Positions 1 to 13,407 of a DNA stretch of 64,000 nt are shown piece by piece. Both the position numbers and the translations under genes were made by a program. Numbering within the stretch: position 1 is the first letter of the stretch; each line of letters begins with the position of its first letter. Under the pieces are notes generated by a model. That model was given only the letters and a program-made list of their open reading frames with translations. It was not told the DNA's origin and did no database searches. This DNA is from Amoebidium appalachense (lineage: Eukaryota > Protista > Ichthyosporea), in contig CAVNZM010000007.1 in the NCBI GenBank assembly GCA_963693365.1, positions 3,271,979-3,335,978 of the forward strand, in the 5' to 3' direction.

Positions 1-201
1 CAACCCCCAGACGTTCCGGAGACTAGCGAGGTTTCAAGATCCACCGTTTATTATGAAAGTAAAGGAATGCCGGGGTCTACACATGTCCTCTCACCACGTA
101 CTTGAGCGCGACATGTTGGTGGGTTGGCTACATGAGGAGCTCATTACATTCTTCGAACACAGCCCGGTGCATAACGGGATATTTGTGTGCCCAGCCGGTA
201 A

Positions 202-232
<31 letters not shown>

Positions 233-249
233 AAATCACTCCCCCATAT

Positions 250-961
250 TGTCATCTTCACTTAATTCTCAGCAAGACTTAGAAGTTGAGTTTGGTATTT
301 ATTTATTAGTTGTTGTAGTTTGTTTCCTTTTCCTTTCTTCATTTCTTTCTTTCTTTTCCGTTTCCGTGTACACGACATCTTAGATCTGTGTACGTATCGA
401 CATACTTAGCTCGCGCACACGTATTGTCGTTTGCGTCAAAATCTATATATGTCATCCAATCATATCTCGTTTGTATTTTCCCAAATATAGTAACTTACAT
501 TCCTTTCTCATTCCTTTCCCACGACGTAGCATTGTGCTATGTTCTTCAACTATTAGAAAAAAAAAATTATATTTAGACGTGTTATGATAAGAACATGTAT
601 AAATATATGTTATGAATTAATAGTTACATAAGTGGTTTCATTTTATTAAATGTTTCCGTGCTTTTATTAGAAGTTTCTTTCATTAGAGGATTGAGTTTTA
701 TATTCTAAATGTCGACAGACATTTTATTCGATATATTTTACACTCATAGTTTTCATTCTTTTGATTGGTTTATCGTTTCACATTCCCAAGTATAAAAGGG
801 ACCTCATCTTGAAATAAATCACAAGCAGTCGTATTCACTTCCTATGGTTCCAGAAATCGTTCCTCCTCTCCGGTTGTGTTTTTCCCGTGTGTCTTTGTGT
901 TGTGTTTTACATAACACCCATCTGTGCTCTCTGCTTCTCCGTTTACCCACACAAAATAACA
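250..961 (+). repeat. 5' LTR of copia copy 1
   Basis: TG...CA termini, TATA-like GTATAAAAG near 790, followed directly by the putative PBS GGTTTACGGCCCC. Confidence 0.9.
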
Positions 962-1037
962 GGTTTACGGCCCCTTTGCACGCTAACACACAATCTCGCT
1001 ACAACCGCGAAAATCTCTCAGTCTTACTGCTTCAATC

Positions 1038-4000
1038 ATGACTGACAAACCGTCGTATATCAACCTTCCAATATGGAATCCGTCCGAGAAACGAGACGAG
1101 AAACGTCTTAATTATTTCGAGTGGGAGCCACTCATTCACCGGTTCATTAGAACCACCATTGCCGAGAAATTCGTTGACGCTATCAAGAGGCCACAGTGGG
1201 TTGACGGCGCTGAAGCCAACCAGTGGCTAGGCTACACCACCAAGGACTCCTACAAGAAAGCTTCCGACGTCCTCGACCAGATCCTCAACCAGTCCGTCCA
1301 CCCGACCGAGCTCTACGACTCCGGCCGGATGCAAGACGATGTCCACGGTGGTGAAGTCTTCCACAACCTACGTATGGCGTATGTAGCAGAGAAGGAGGCC
1401 CGAGTCACCCAGATTCAAGTCACCTTCGAGGAGCTTGAACTACGAGACTACCCCAACGTCACAGCATACCTCACCCGTCTCCAACGTCTGGCTACGACAC
1501 TTGCCTGCCTCGACGAACCCGTCCAGCACAAGGATGTCGTACGTAAGTTCTTCCTCCACATCCGGAAGAACACAGCCCTGGTCTGCCCCGACATTGAACG
1601 TCTCTGCTCCGACTACTGGATGAACAACAAGGCCTACCCGTCCTTCAACATGCTCATCAGTGACATCCGAGGAGCTGAAATCCGTGCCGGCCTCATCGAC
1701 GCAGGCACAGGTGCAACCGTCAACAACCGTCCCCTCCGTGCACTCCAGAGCAGAGTGCTTCCCCCCGGTGACCTCCGTAACCGTATTCCTCGACGTGAGC
1801 ATACACCTCACCGTTCCCCGTCCCGTTCCCGTGATCCTCGTCCTCCCTCCAAGTCACCCGGCCCCCGTTCAACTTCCCCTTACCACCGTGGTAACAGGGA
1901 CAACCGTAACCGACAACACAACACCAACAGTGTGAAGTGTTCCTACTGCCATGAGCCCCACCACATCACAGCATGCCCGGAGCCTGGCTGCACAGTTGCT
2001 CGTCGTGCCAAGCAGGAGAAAGGTGACAAGAGTGTGCAATTTGCACTCATCTCCTCCACCGGCACACCTGACAGTAACGACCCCGTCTGGGACAGTGCTT
2101 GTAATGCACACATCTGCCCCATCAAGGAGTATTTCTCCTCCCTTACCCCGTGTCCTCCCACCCCCATTCACGGCCTCGGCACAGTCAATGCCAAACAACG
2201 TGGCATCATCAACATGACACTGCACTACAACGGCCACCCAACACCGTGCAGCATCAATGCTTACTACGTACCCGAGGCACCGTCTTTCCTCGTGTCTACC
2301 TCCATGGCATCAGCTGCCGGCCTCCTAGGTCATTGTGACGATACAGACAACCACCCGTCGTTCCTCTACAGCCGTAATGGTGACATTATTACAGATCTCA
2401 CCCCCCTCGACGGTCTCTACTACATCACTGACTATGTGATTGAGACTCCTAAACACCCGGGGGTCCAAGCCTACACAGCAAGGACTCAACCACCCGACGA
2501 CCTCACCCTTTGGCACAACCGTCTCGGCCACCGTGCCCTCTCCACCGTCACCAGGATGGCCAAGGATGAGCTTGTCATCGGCATGCCCCCCTCCCTCAAG
2601 TCACCCGACAACAGTGCCTGCTTCGGCTGCATGTCTGGCAAGACCACCAAGGCCCCCTTTCCCGGCACCCGTTCCAAGTTCACCATTCCCGGTGCTAAGT
2701 GGCACCTGGACTTCTTCGAAGCTCCCTGTGCTTCCTACGGAGGCTACAAGGTTGCTCTGGTGTGTGTTTGTGATGCCACCGGTTACACCACCGTGTTCCC
2801 CCTTTACAACCGTGGTGAAACCCTCAGCCACATTCAGTCTCTCGTTGAAACCATCGAACGTCAGACACCTGAGATCGTCACCCATCTTCGGTTTGACTCC
2901 GGCTCTGAGTTCACCTCCAAGGACACCGAGGCCTACTGCAAGCAGAAAGGCATCATCATGGAGTTTGCCCCCGTCGACACACCACAACACAATGGTGTTG
3001 TTGAACGGAAGATGAGAGAACTGCAAGAGACAGTCCGTTGCTTCCTCCATGCCGACAAGGACCAACCTCTCTCTCCCAAGTTGTGGGTTGCTGCTCTCAA
3101 GCATACAAGCTACATCATCAACGTCACACCGTCATCTGCTGCCAACGGCAACACTCCCTTCGAGGCCTTCCACGGCTTCAAACCCGACGTCTCCCAGCTC
3201 CACGTGTTCGGCTCCCCTGCCTATGTGCATGTTCCCCGGTCAAAGAGGAACAAGCTGGCATCAACCGTCCGAGTCGGCACCTACGTCGGCTGGGACCTAC
3301 CCTCCAAGGCACACAAGATCCTCGACCATGCCAGCAACCAAATCAAGATCTGCCGTGATGTGATCTTCGACGAGTCGAAATTCACGGACAGCACCAATCA
3401 GGTCTCCGTTCCCCCCAAACCCGATCTGCCGACATTGGACCCCCCCTCCGACGACGACGATGAAACTCCGTCTGTGGTCATCTCCCAACCGTCCTGGCAC
3501 AACCAACCAGCCCCGGTTGAACCCGTGCCTCCCCCGAGCCCCCCCCCCCACTGGCCAACAACCCTTGCTGCCGGCCCCCCCCGTTGCTGTGCATCAACCC
3601 GGCTACATGACTCCGGTTCGTCCTGGGTCCCCCACCTTCCACTCGGCCACGAGCAGCCCTGTGGACACCGATGCCCCCCCTCACCACCGGTCCTATTCCT
3701 GGCTTCCATGCCCCTATCCCGGCCTCCACCACCTACCCGGCCACCACCCCCCTCAAGGACCCCCCCAAGCCCAACCTTCGTCGGTCTACACGTCTCACCA
3801 AGACTCCAACGGCACTGGTCAGCATCGTAGCACCGACCATCAACATTGACCAGCTCCCCAAGGGCATTCAAAAGCTTTGCAACGGTCCCAACGGTGATGC
3901 CGTCATAGCTGCCCTCACCTCCGAGTACCAAGCCTTCATCACCAAGGATGTCTTCACCATTGTTGATCCCCCCCCCTGGTGCCAACATCATCAAGTTCAA

Positions 4001-4428
4001 GTGGATTGTGACTGAGAAAGTCCTCAACTCAGCCGGTGACACCAAGATCAAAGCTCGTGGTGTTGCAAAGGGCTTCACTCAAGTCTACGGTGTTGACTAC
4101 GGTGACACCTCTTCCCCCGTGGTGATGTCCTCCTCCGTCCGTGCCCTCCTTGCCATCGGTGTGGACGGCAACCATGAGATTCATCAACTCGACGTCTCAA
4201 CTGCCTTCCTCAACAGTCCTCTTCAAGAAGACATCTACATTGAGCCACCACCTGGCTTCATCACCCCCGGCAACGAACACAAGGTCTGGAAACTTAAGAA
4301 GGCACTCTACGGGCTCAAGCAAGCATCACTGGCCTGGTATGAGTACTTCGACAAGGTCCTCCTTGCTCACGGTCTCGAACGTCTCCGGTTTTCAACCTCA
4401 ACGATGCTCACCCCAAGGCTACTCCCAT
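1038..4428 (+). pseudogene. copia gag-pol polyprotein (Zn knuckle, protease, GAG-pre-integrase, rve integrase, partial RT)
   Basis: Motifs CSYCHEPHHITAC, WDSACNAH, LWHNRLGH..CFGC, HLD..FDSGSEF..PQHNGVVER, KARGVAKGFTQVYGVDY, QLDVSTAFLN, LKKALYGLKQA. Frameshifts fall in C-runs (~3545, ~3675, ~3970). The YVDD region is deleted at ~4388. Confidence 0.93.
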
Positions 4429-4966
4429 CCCCCCCCCCCCCCCTTCTCCCCCCCCCCCGCCCCCCCCGCCCCCTCCCACCCACCCCCGCACCAAAACAAA
4501 CAAGTACCCATCCCACGCAACCCCACAGACGCCATTGTACATGCCGGTTCCACCACTCCAGCATGCAACATTTAAATATCTAGAACAAGTAACACTTGTA
4601 CAGTGACCGTGATTCATCTCGAGCCATACCCTTGCTTAATACCAGCCATTAATATTCAAACTAACACACACACACACTATCACACTCACAAGCCTACGCA
4701 ACATATACGCACACACACATACATGTGATCACAAACAATTTCGACTACTTCGAATGTTCCAAGTGATACTACTGATATGGAAGATTTTTCCTTGGTATAC
4801 CCTTTGTTCATTTTACCTTTGCAACTTATTCTTATTCTACCCCACCCTTTATTTTTATAATTATTTATTTATTTATTTATTTTCAGGCCGGGGGGGAGGG
4901 GAGGGGGAGGGGGAGGGAGGGAGGGGAAGAGGGGGGGGGGGACGGGGTTTGGGTGGGGGGGGGGGG

Positions 4967-5705
4967 TGTTATTTTGTGTGGGTAAACGGAGAAGCAGAGA
5001 GCACAGATGGGTGTTACGTTATACACAACACAAAGACACACGGGAGAAACACAACCGGAGAGGTGGAACGATTTCTGGAACCATAGGAAATCAATACGAC
5101 TGCTTGAGATTTATTCCAAGATGAAGTCCCTTTTATACTTGGGAATGTGAAAACGATAAACCAATCAAAAGAACGAAAACTCTATTTTCCAATCAGAAAG
5201 ACGAAAACTATGAGTGTAAAATATATCGATCAAAATGTCTGTCGACACATAGAATATAAAACTCAATCCTCTAATGAAAGAAACTTCTAATAAAAGCACG
5301 GAAACATTTAACAAAATGAAACCACTTATGTAACTATTAGTTCACAACATACATTTATACATGTTCTTATCATAACACGTCTAAATATAATTATTCCTAA
5401 TAGTTGGAGAACATAGCACAATGCTACGTCGTGAGAAAGGAATGAGAAAGGAATGTAAGTTACTATATTTGGGAAAATACAAATGAGATTTGATTGGATG
5501 ACATATATAGATTTTGACACAAACGACAATACGTGTGTGCGAGCTAAGTATGTCGGTACGTACACAGATCTAAGATATCGGTGTACACGGAAACAGAAAG
5601 AAAAGAAAGAAATGAAGAAAGGAAAAGGAAACAAACTACAACAAACTAATAAACAAATACAAAACTCAACTTCTAAGTCTTGCCGTGAATCAAGTGAAGA
5701 TGACA
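4967..5705 (-). repeat. 3' LTR of copia copy 2
   Basis: Direct repeat of 10894-11631 with only a few differences; preceded on minus by the PPT. Confidence 0.93.
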
Positions 5706-6398
5706 TCCCCACTCAAGGGTTGGAAGTTGGGTTCTCGTGAAGTTTGTTGATGTGACTGTTGATGTTAAGACTCTCACACATGTAGAAGCAGGTGCCGTGA
5801 AGTCACAGTCAAGTTTCCCCACTCGAGAAGACAATGGAGAAGACTTGAAGGAGCAAGCCGGGGAAGAAAAAAAACCAAAACGGAAGAAGCACACAACGAC
5901 GGTTGCCTCTGAAGACTCGGAAGATGACGGTAGCCAACGACGATATATAAATATATATAGAAGAAAACAACTAGTGTATGTGTGACGTGTTGGTGGCTAA
6001 TGATTTATACTGGGGACCACCCAGATAAACACAAGGCATGAACATCTTGTGGACTGATTTATAGACTGGTGGTCAACCAGTTAAGACACGGGGAATGAGC
6101 ATCCCGAGGACTAGGTTTAGACTGGCAGTCAACCAGCACGCCATGGCTATAGATAATTATTTATACTGGGACGCCATCCCAGTTCGACAGATATATAAGT
6201 CGAATATAAATGAAAACCAATATATATGATGGTATATAAATAAACGACGGATGGTGGAGAAGAAATCCCCACTGAAGGTGCACACACTGAAGATTGATGA
6301 AGACAGCAGTAGACTTTCGTTGGGAGGTGTCTCTACACGGTGATGTGTAGACCACTGGCCGGGGCCCCAACCTACTTGAAGACCACTGTAGATGAACC

Positions 6399-6429
<31 letters not shown>

Positions 6430-6430
6430 C

Positions 6431-9400
6431 TCAGTCACGAAGACTGAGTGAAGCACGGTGCTGCTCGTGGGAGGGCCCGGTCACGGGCTTGGTGAAGATG
6501 TCAGCCACGTTGTCTTTGCTGGACACGTAGGTGACGACCACATCCCCACTCTTGATGTAGTCCTTCGTGTTGTGGTACCGGACAGCAATGTGTTTGGTCC
6601 GGTGCTTGATGCTGTTGGTGTGCAGGAGGGCAATGGTGGACTGGTTGTCACAGTAGACGGGGGTGGGGTCGGTCATCGGGTAGCCGAGTTCACGGAGGAG
6701 ATCACGGTGCCAGATGACGTTTTGAACAGCAGCATTGATGGCCAGAAGCTCAGCCTCGGTGGTGGATGTTGCCGTGATGGACTGCAGCTTCGAATACCAT
6801 GTGATGGGGATGCCCTTGAAGAAGATGACGTATCCGGTGGTTGAACGACGGGTGTTGGGGCAGTTGGCAAAGTCAGCATCAGAATAACATTCCACTGGCA
6901 GCAAGGGGGTGTTGTCGTCGGAAGCAGACTTGTCGTAGTGAAGGCCGAGGTTCAAGGAAGTGCCGATGAGGTACCGAACTACACGGAGTAGACATTCCCA
7001 TGCAAGTTTGGTGGGGTGGGCACTGAATCTACCGAGGTAGCCGATGGCAAAGGAGATGTCGGGCCGGGAACAACGAGCAACCCACAAAAGGCGGCCGAGT
7101 AGTTCACGGTAGGGAACCTTGATGGGTGGTGAGTCGTTCTCGTTGATGGTGATGACGGTGCCGACGGGAATGGGAGTAGCCTTGGGGTGAGCATCGTTGA
7201 GGTTGAAGTCTCTGACGATGTCATTGATGTAGGACTGTTGAAGCAGCTTGAGGTGACCGGGGGTGTGGATGAGCTGGGTGCCAAGGAAGATGATGTCGGG
7301 GAGGTCAACCTTGCAGAGAGCTGACTTCATGATGTGGTCTACTAGATCCTTGGTGTGGGAGGAGTTGGCCGTGCAGATGATGATGACGTCGTCCACATAG
7401 TTGCCATTGAGGATGATGTCACCGTTGGGGAAGGTCTTGATGTAGACACATGGATCTGAACGGAGACGTTCAAGACCGTGGGCAAGGAGGACCTTGTCGA
7501 AGTACTCATACCAGGCCAGTGAAGCTTGCTTGAGGCCGTAGAGTGCCTTCTTAAGTTTCCAGACCTTGTGCTCGTTGCCGGGGGTGATGAAGCCAGGTGG
7601 TGGCTCAATGTAGATGTCTTCTTGAAGAGGACTGTTGAGGAAGGCTGTTGAGACGTCGAGTTGATGAATCTCATGGTTGCCGTCCACACCGATGGCAAGG
7701 AGGGCACGGACGGAGGAGGACATCACCACGGGGGAAGAGGTGTCACCGTAGTCAACACCGTAGACTTGAGTGAAGCCCTTTGCAACACCACGAGCCTTGA
7801 TCTTGGTGTCACCGGCTGAGTTGAGGACTTTCTCAGTCACAATCCACTTGAACTTGATGATGTTGGCATCAGGGGGGATCAACAATGGTGAAGACATCCT
7901 TGGTGATGAAGGCTTGGTACTCGGAGGTGAGGGCACTGGCAGCTATGACGGCATCACCGTTGGGACCGTTGCAAAGCTTTTGAATGCCCTTGGGGAGTTG
8001 GTCAATGTTGATGGTCGGTGCTGTGATGCTGACCAGTGCCGTTGGAGGCTTGGTGAGACGTGTAGACCGACGAAGGTTGGGCTTGGGGGGGTCCTTGAGG
8101 GGGGTGGTGGCCGGGGAGGTGGTGGAGGCCGGGACAGGGGCATGGAAGCCAGGAATAGGACCGGTGGTGAGGGGGGCATCGGTGTCCACAGGGCTGCTCG
8201 AGGCCGAGTGGAAGGTGGGGGACCCAGGACGAACCGGAGTCATGTAGCCGGGTTGATGCACAGCAACGGGGGGGGCCGGCAGCAAGGGTTGTTGGCCAGT
8301 GGGGGGGGGGGCTCGGGGGAGGCACGGGTTCAACCGGGGCTGGTTGGTTGTGCCAGGACGGTTGGGAGATGACCACAGACGGAGTTTCATCGTCGTCGTC
8401 GGAGGGGGGGTCCAATGTCGGCAGATCGGGTTTGGGGGGATTGGGGACCTGATTGGTGCTGCTCGTGAATTTTGACTCGTCAAAGATGACGTCACGGCAG
8501 ATCTTGACTTGGTTGCTGGCACGGTCGAGGATCTTGTGTGCCTTGGAGGGCAGATCCCAGCCGACGTAGGTGCCGACTCTGACGGTTGATGCAAGCTTGT
8601 TCCTCTTTGACCGGGGAACATGCACATAGGCAGGGGAGCCGAACACGTGGAGCTGGGAGACGTCGGGTTTGAAGCCGTGGAAGGCCTCGAAGGGAGTGTT
8701 GCCGTTGGCAGCAGATGACGGTGTGACGTTGATGATGTAGCCAGCATGCTTGAGAGCAGCAACCCACAACTTGGGAGAGAGAGGTTGGTCCTTGTCGGCA
8801 TGGAGGAAGCAACGGACTGTCTCTTGCAGTTCTCTCATCTTCCGTTCAACAACACCGTTGTGCTGTGGTGTGTCGACGGGGGCAAACTCCATGATGATGC
8901 CTTTCTGCTTGCAGTAGGCCTCGGTGTCCCTGGAGGTGAACTCAGAGCCGGAGTCAAACCGAAGATGGGTGACGATCTCAGGTGTCTGACGTTCGATGGT
9001 TTCAACGAGAGACTGAATGTAGCTGAGGGTTTCACCACGGTTGTAGAGGGGGAACACGGTGGTGTAACCGGTGGCATCACAAACACACACCAGAGCAACC
9101 TTGTAGCCTCCGTAGGAAGCACAGGGAGCTTCGAAGAAGTCCAGGTGCCACTTAGCACCGGGAATGGTGAACTTGGAACAGGTGCCGGGAAAAGGAGCCT
9201 TGGTGGTCTTGCCAGACATGCAGCCGAAGCAGTCACTGTTGTCGGGTGACTTGAGGGAGGGGGGCATGCCGATGACAAGCTCATCCTTGGCCATCCTGGT
9301 GACGGTGGAGAGGGCACGGTGGCCGAGACGGTTGTGCCAAAGGGTGAGGTCGTCGGTTGGTTGAGTCCTTGCTGTGTAGGCTTGGACCCACGGGTGTTTA

Positions 9401-10818
9401 GGAGTCTCAATCACATAGTCAGTGATGTAGTAGAGACCGTTGAGGGGGGTGAGATCTGAAATGATGTCACCATTACGGCTGTAGAGGAACGACGGGTGGT
9501 TGTCTGTACCGTCACAATGACCCAGGAGGCCGGCAGTTGAGGCCATGGAGGTAGACACGAGGAAAGACGGTGACTCGGGTACGTAGTAAGCATTGATGCT
9601 GCATGGGGTTGGGTGGCCGTTGTAGTGCAGTGTCATGTTGATGATGCCACGGTGTGTGGCATTGACGGTGGCACTGCCAAGGCCGTGAATGGGGGTGGGA
9701 GGACACGGGGTAAGGGAGGAGAAATACTCCTTGATGGGGCAGATGTGTGCATTACAAGCACTGTCCCAGACGGGGTCGTCACGGTCGGGTGTGCCGGTGG
9801 AGGAGATGAGTGCAAATTGCACACTCTTGTTGCCTTTCTCCTGCTTGGCACGACGAGCAACAGCACAGCCAGGCTCCGGGCATGCTGTGATGTGGTGGGG
9901 CTCATGGCAGTAGGAACACTCCACCTTCTTGGTGTTGTGCTGTCGGTTACGGTTGTCCCTGTTACCACGGTGGTAAGGGGAAGTTGAACGGGGGCCGGGT
10001 GACTTGGAGGAAGGACGAGGATCACGGGAACGGGACGGGGAACGGTGAGGTGTATGCTCACGTCGAGGAATACGGTTACGGAGGTCACCGGGCGGAAGCA
10101 CTCTGCTCTGGAGTACACGGAGGGGACGGTTGTTGACGGTTGCACCTGTGCCTGCGTCGATGAGGCCGGCACGGATTTCAGCTCCTCGGATGTCACTGAT
10201 GAGCTGGTTGAAGGACGGGTAGGCCTTGTTGTTCATCCAGTAGTCGGAGCAGAGACGTTCAATGTCGGAGCAGACCAGGGCCGTGTTCTTCCGGAGGTGA
10301 AGGAAGAACTTACGTACGACATCCTTGTGCTGGACGGGCTCGTCGAGGCAGGCAAGTGTCGTAGCCAGACGTTGGAGACGGGTGAGGTATGCTGTGACGT
10401 TGGGGTAGTCTCGTAGTTCAAGCTCCTCGAAGGTGACTTGGATCTGGGTGACTCGGGCCTTCTTCTCTGCTACATACGCCATACGTAGGTTGTGGAAGAC
10501 TTCTCCACCGTGGACACCGTCTTGCATCCGGCCGGAGTCGTAGAGCTCGGTCGGATGGACGGACTGGTTGAGGATCTGGTCGAGGACGTCGGAAGCTTTC
10601 TTGTAGGAGTCCTTGGTGACGTAGCCTAGCCACTGGTTGGCGTCGGTGCCGTCAACCCACTGTGGCCTCTTGATAGCGTCAACGAATTTCTCGGCAATGG
10701 TTGTTCTAATGAACCGGTGTATGAGTGGCTCCCACTCGAAATAATTAAGACGTTTCTCGTCTCTTTTCTCGGACGGATTCCATATTGGAAGGTTGATATA
10801 CGACGGTTTGTCAGTCAT
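6431..10818 (-). CDS. copia gag-pol polyprotein (Gag, PR, IN, RT with YVDD, RNase H), broken by two homopolymer frameshifts
   Basis: ORFs 8002-10968, 7869-8801 and 6431-7936. RT NYVDDVII; RNase H YSDADFA..RRSTTGY..STTEAE..YCDNQS..HRTKHI..NVADIFTKP. Likely ATG (MTDKP) at 10818. Confidence 0.92.
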
Positions 10819-10893
10819 GATTGAAGCAGCAAGACTGAGGAATTTCGCGGTTGTAACGAGATTGTGTGTTAGCGTGCAAAGGGGCCGTAAACC

Positions 10894-11631
10894 TGTTATT
10901 GTGTGTGGGTAAACGGAGAAGCAGAGAGCACAGATGGGTGTTATGTTATACACAACACAAAGACACACGGGAGAAACACAACCGGAGAGGTGGAACGATT
11001 TCTGGAACCATAGGAAATGAATACGACTGCTTGAGATTTATTCCAAGATGAAGTCCCTTTTATACTTGGGAATGTGAAAACGATAAACCAATCAAAAGAA
11101 CGAAAACTCTATTTTCAATCAGAAAGACGAAAACTATGAGTGTAAAATATATCGATCAAAATGTCTGTCGACACATAGAATATAAAACTCAATCCTCTAA
11201 TGAAAGAAACTTCTAATAAAAGCACGGAAACATTTAACAAAATGAAACCACTTATGTAACTATTAGTTCACAACATACATTTATACATGTTCTTATCATA
11301 ACACGTCTAAATATAATTATTCCTAATAGTTGGAGAACATAGCACAATGCTACGTCGTGAGAAAGGAATGAGAAAGGAATGTAAGTTACTATATTTGGGA
11401 AAATACAAATGAGATTTGATTGGATGACATATATAGATTTTGACACAAACGACAATACGTGTGTGCGAGCTAAGTATGTCGGTACGTACACAGATCTAAG
11501 ATATCGGTGTACACGGAAACAGAAAGAAAAGAAAGAAACGAAGAAAGGAAAAGGAAACAAACTACAACAAACTAATAAACAAATACAAAACTCAACTTCT
11601 AAGTCTTGCCGTGAATCAAGTGAAGATGACA
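10894..11631 (-). repeat. 5' LTR of copia copy 2
   Basis: TG...CA termini on minus, adjacent to the PBS. Confidence 0.93.
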
Positions 11632-11729
11632 GGGGGTGAGGGGGTTAGTGTGTGTGTGGGGGGGGGGGGGGGAGTGGGGGTGGAGAATGGTAGAATGAGG
11701 GGGAGGAGGGAGGGATATTGTCCTTCAAG

Positions 11730-12126
11730 GTTGCTAGGCACCACGTTTAACTACGATGCCCATCCCACACAGGCCTGTACGGAAAGGGTGCAAATTGTGC
11801 AATCAATGCACTGGCAGAGACCCTGTTCTACGACCGGGACAATATCAAGTTGGACGGGACAGGCACCCTCATATGCTCCCACGACAACTCAGCTGGCGAA
11901 ATTAAGAACCAATATGTTTACTGCTTTCTGGCATATATGGTCGAAGGCGGGTTGTTCAAAAAGATCATCGTGTGCAACATGATTGTCGGGCATACACACG
12001 GCCTACAGGCCCCCCCCCCCCCCCCCCCCTCTCCCCCCCCCCCCCACACCCCAACTGGCCAACACCCAAGTTGTGACCCAACCCTAACGTCCAACAACCA
12101 TCAACATTTGTTGGCTGAGTATGTCT

Positions 12127-12159
<33 letters not shown>

Positions 12160-12600
12160 CCCTATTAAGCACTCCCTACCCTCCCACCCTTCTTCTGACA
12201 CACACTGTAACCACATGTTCAGGAAATGATTAACGAAGTAAAGGTTACATGATGCAAAACGTAAGCCTTTATGGATTCTTTGTAGTATTTACACATTAGC
12301 CAACATAATGTTAATTTACGCCCCTCCCGTGTCCCCCCCATCCCCTACTACCCCTTCCCCCCCCCCCCCCCCACACACACACACACATACACCCCTCTCC
12401 CCATACAGGACCAGAAGTTTTCCGTGTTCTGGCGACCCGAGGCAGCAAATGCACATGGGACCAGCTGTTGGAAATAGCCCGAGTGTGCATCGAACAGACA
12501 GCAATGGAGAGAAGCACCGCGTGCATGTGGTTACGGACATGTGGGACTTCAAGTCGTTTTTACGCCATACATGTCGGGCACACCAACTCACGCAGTGTCA
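11730..12600 (+). pseudogene. DDE/D DNA-transposase relic (DN..E.KN / VGHTH-type; DUF7869/Sola-like by recollection), interrupted
   Basis: HDNSAGEIKNQYVYCFLAYMVEGGLFKKIIVCNMIVGHTH at ~11880-12000. It resumes after poly-C sequence as DQKFSVF (~12409) and VTDMWDFKSFL, with frameshifts. Confidence 0.65.
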
Positions 12601-12663
12601 TGCGCGAGATGCCCACCACCATCACCCGGAATCAATGCCCAGCGTGTAGGACCCCCTCCCCCC

Positions 12664-12694
<31 letters not shown>

Positions 12695-13376
12695 AAAGAA
12701 TTCAAGTGTTCGTTTTTACGGCCAACAGGATATCAGCAGCCCCCCCGCCTTCCTCTCCCCAAAAAGGAATGAAAGAATAAATTGAAAAGAAAAAGTAATG
12801 CAAAAAAAATAAAAAATAAAAAAATATAAAAAATATATTCAGCCACCACCAAACAACCCACCGTCCCACCAACCGACCCACCCAGCCCACCCAGAAACAC
12901 ACCCGAAATGAGATACCCACCCCCGGACGTACTTGCACATGGACGTTATGTACTGTAACAGACAAAGTATGTTTTACGCCCACATGATACGGCAGACCCC
13001 CCCCTTTCTTGAATATCTAAGTTGTTTTGGGGTGGCTGAAACCGAACTCGCCAATAACGATGGCCAAACAGCCACACAAAAGTCCCACAGTTCGTAGTCA
13101 CAGTCTGACCCCCCCCCCCCCCCCCCCCCCCCACCCACCACCATCACCACCACCACCACCACCACACACACACCGACACACCCCCCCAACACAACCCCAC
13201 AACCCCCCCCCCCCTCCCAAAGACACACACACACAACCCCCCAACCCCCTCCCCCCCCCCCCCCCCCCCCCCCCCCCGGCACCACCACACACACACACAC
13301 ACCCCCCCACACAACCCCACAACCCCCCCCCCCCCCTCCCAAAGACACACACACACACCCCCCAACCCCCCCCCAT

Positions 13377-13407
<31 letters not shown>

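Larger units (their letters stand above)
250..4428 (+). mobile_element. Ty1/copia LTR retrotransposon, copy 1 (5' LTR + gag-PR-IN + partial RT; internally deleted and 3'-truncated)
   Basis: LTR 250-961 (TGTCATC...ATAACA) matches the LTRs at 4967-5705 and 10894-11631. The domain order PR-IN-RT is copia-type. Homology to copy 2 ends in a poly-C tract at ~4428. Confidence 0.95.
4967..11631 (-). mobile_element. Full-length Ty1/copia LTR retrotransposon, copy 2
   Basis: Near-identical LTRs at 4967-5705 and 10894-11631. GGGGG flanks both ends (5-bp TSD, inside G-runs). PBS 10881-10893, PPT 5706-5716 (TTGAGTGGGGA on minus), complete gag-PR-IN-RT-RH. Confidence 0.96.

Noticed and set aside
1-200. 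Possible coding fragment at the window start
   Set aside because: Too short, with no recognisable motif.
1435-10633. Many alternate-frame and antisense ORFs within the copia elements
   Set aside because: Shadow ORFs of GC3-rich coding sequence, with no independent motifs.
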